From Lepidodermella squamata (Eukaryota; Animalia; Gastrotricha): a stretch of DNA of 64,000 nt. The position numbers were made by a program, and so were the translations under genes. Below the pieces are notes generated by a model that was given only the letters and a program-made list of their open reading frames with translations, was not told the DNA's origin and ran no database searches. Of the stretch, positions 63,795-64,000 are shown piece by piece. Each line of letters begins with the position of its first letter. Within the stretch, counting starts at the first letter, position 1. Location: contig JBLDXI010000020.1 in NCBI GenBank assembly GCA_047495785.1, forward strand, positions 744,001-808,000, read 5' to 3'.

Positions 63795-64000
63795 TAATTT
63801 CAGCCACCTCATCCAGGTACACTAATACCACAAATTTGGTATTGTTAGATGTGCTTCAAAAAGCTGACTTTAAAAACGCATTTGTTGCTTCACCTGTGAG
63901 CTTTTCCTTGACGCTAGACGACGTGATGCCTGAAACTCTGGTGTTTATGGTACCGGAGAGAGGTACAATTTTGACTGGTACAAGTTTGATAACTTTTTCT

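Overview
This is eukaryotic (metazoan, invertebrate-type) DNA from a very compact genome. It holds about 27 protein-coding loci with mostly 45-62 nt introns, and many co-oriented genes are only 140-270 nt apart. The species cannot be determined from this window. All homology calls come from recognising motifs by eye; no database search was run. Recognisable conserved genes: RAD51, CHAF1A, CDC34/UBE2R, MRNIP, GALT, TM2D1, GOLPH3, SLC25A46, TBCA, a PDZD2/pro-IL-16-like multi-PDZ protein, an ML/NPC2-domain protein and a Mesh/SUSD2/MUC4-like NIDO-AMOP-vWD membrane mucin. Lineage-specific material worth follow-up: (1) a tandem triplet of MPPE1/PGAP5-like proteins that have lost most metal-binding motifs; (2) two tandem ARM-TIR-SAM genes whose TIR DNA is nearly identical while the rest is very divergent, head-to-head with the ML lipid-binding gene; (3) an ENPP-family protein that has lost its nucleophile and one whole Zn site but kept the other; (4) a divergent pair of GABA-B-like class C GPCRs with 7-residue tails ending Y-[YF]-L, flanking an unannotated ~76-aa single-pass microprotein, near a divergent Cys-loop channel and an atypical nuclear receptor; (5) a back-to-back junction of two decayed gene fragments, one of them ARMH1; (6) three probable GC-AG introns, operon-like gene spacing, a CDE/CHR element upstream of RAD51, an interstitial TTAGGG tract and a MITE.
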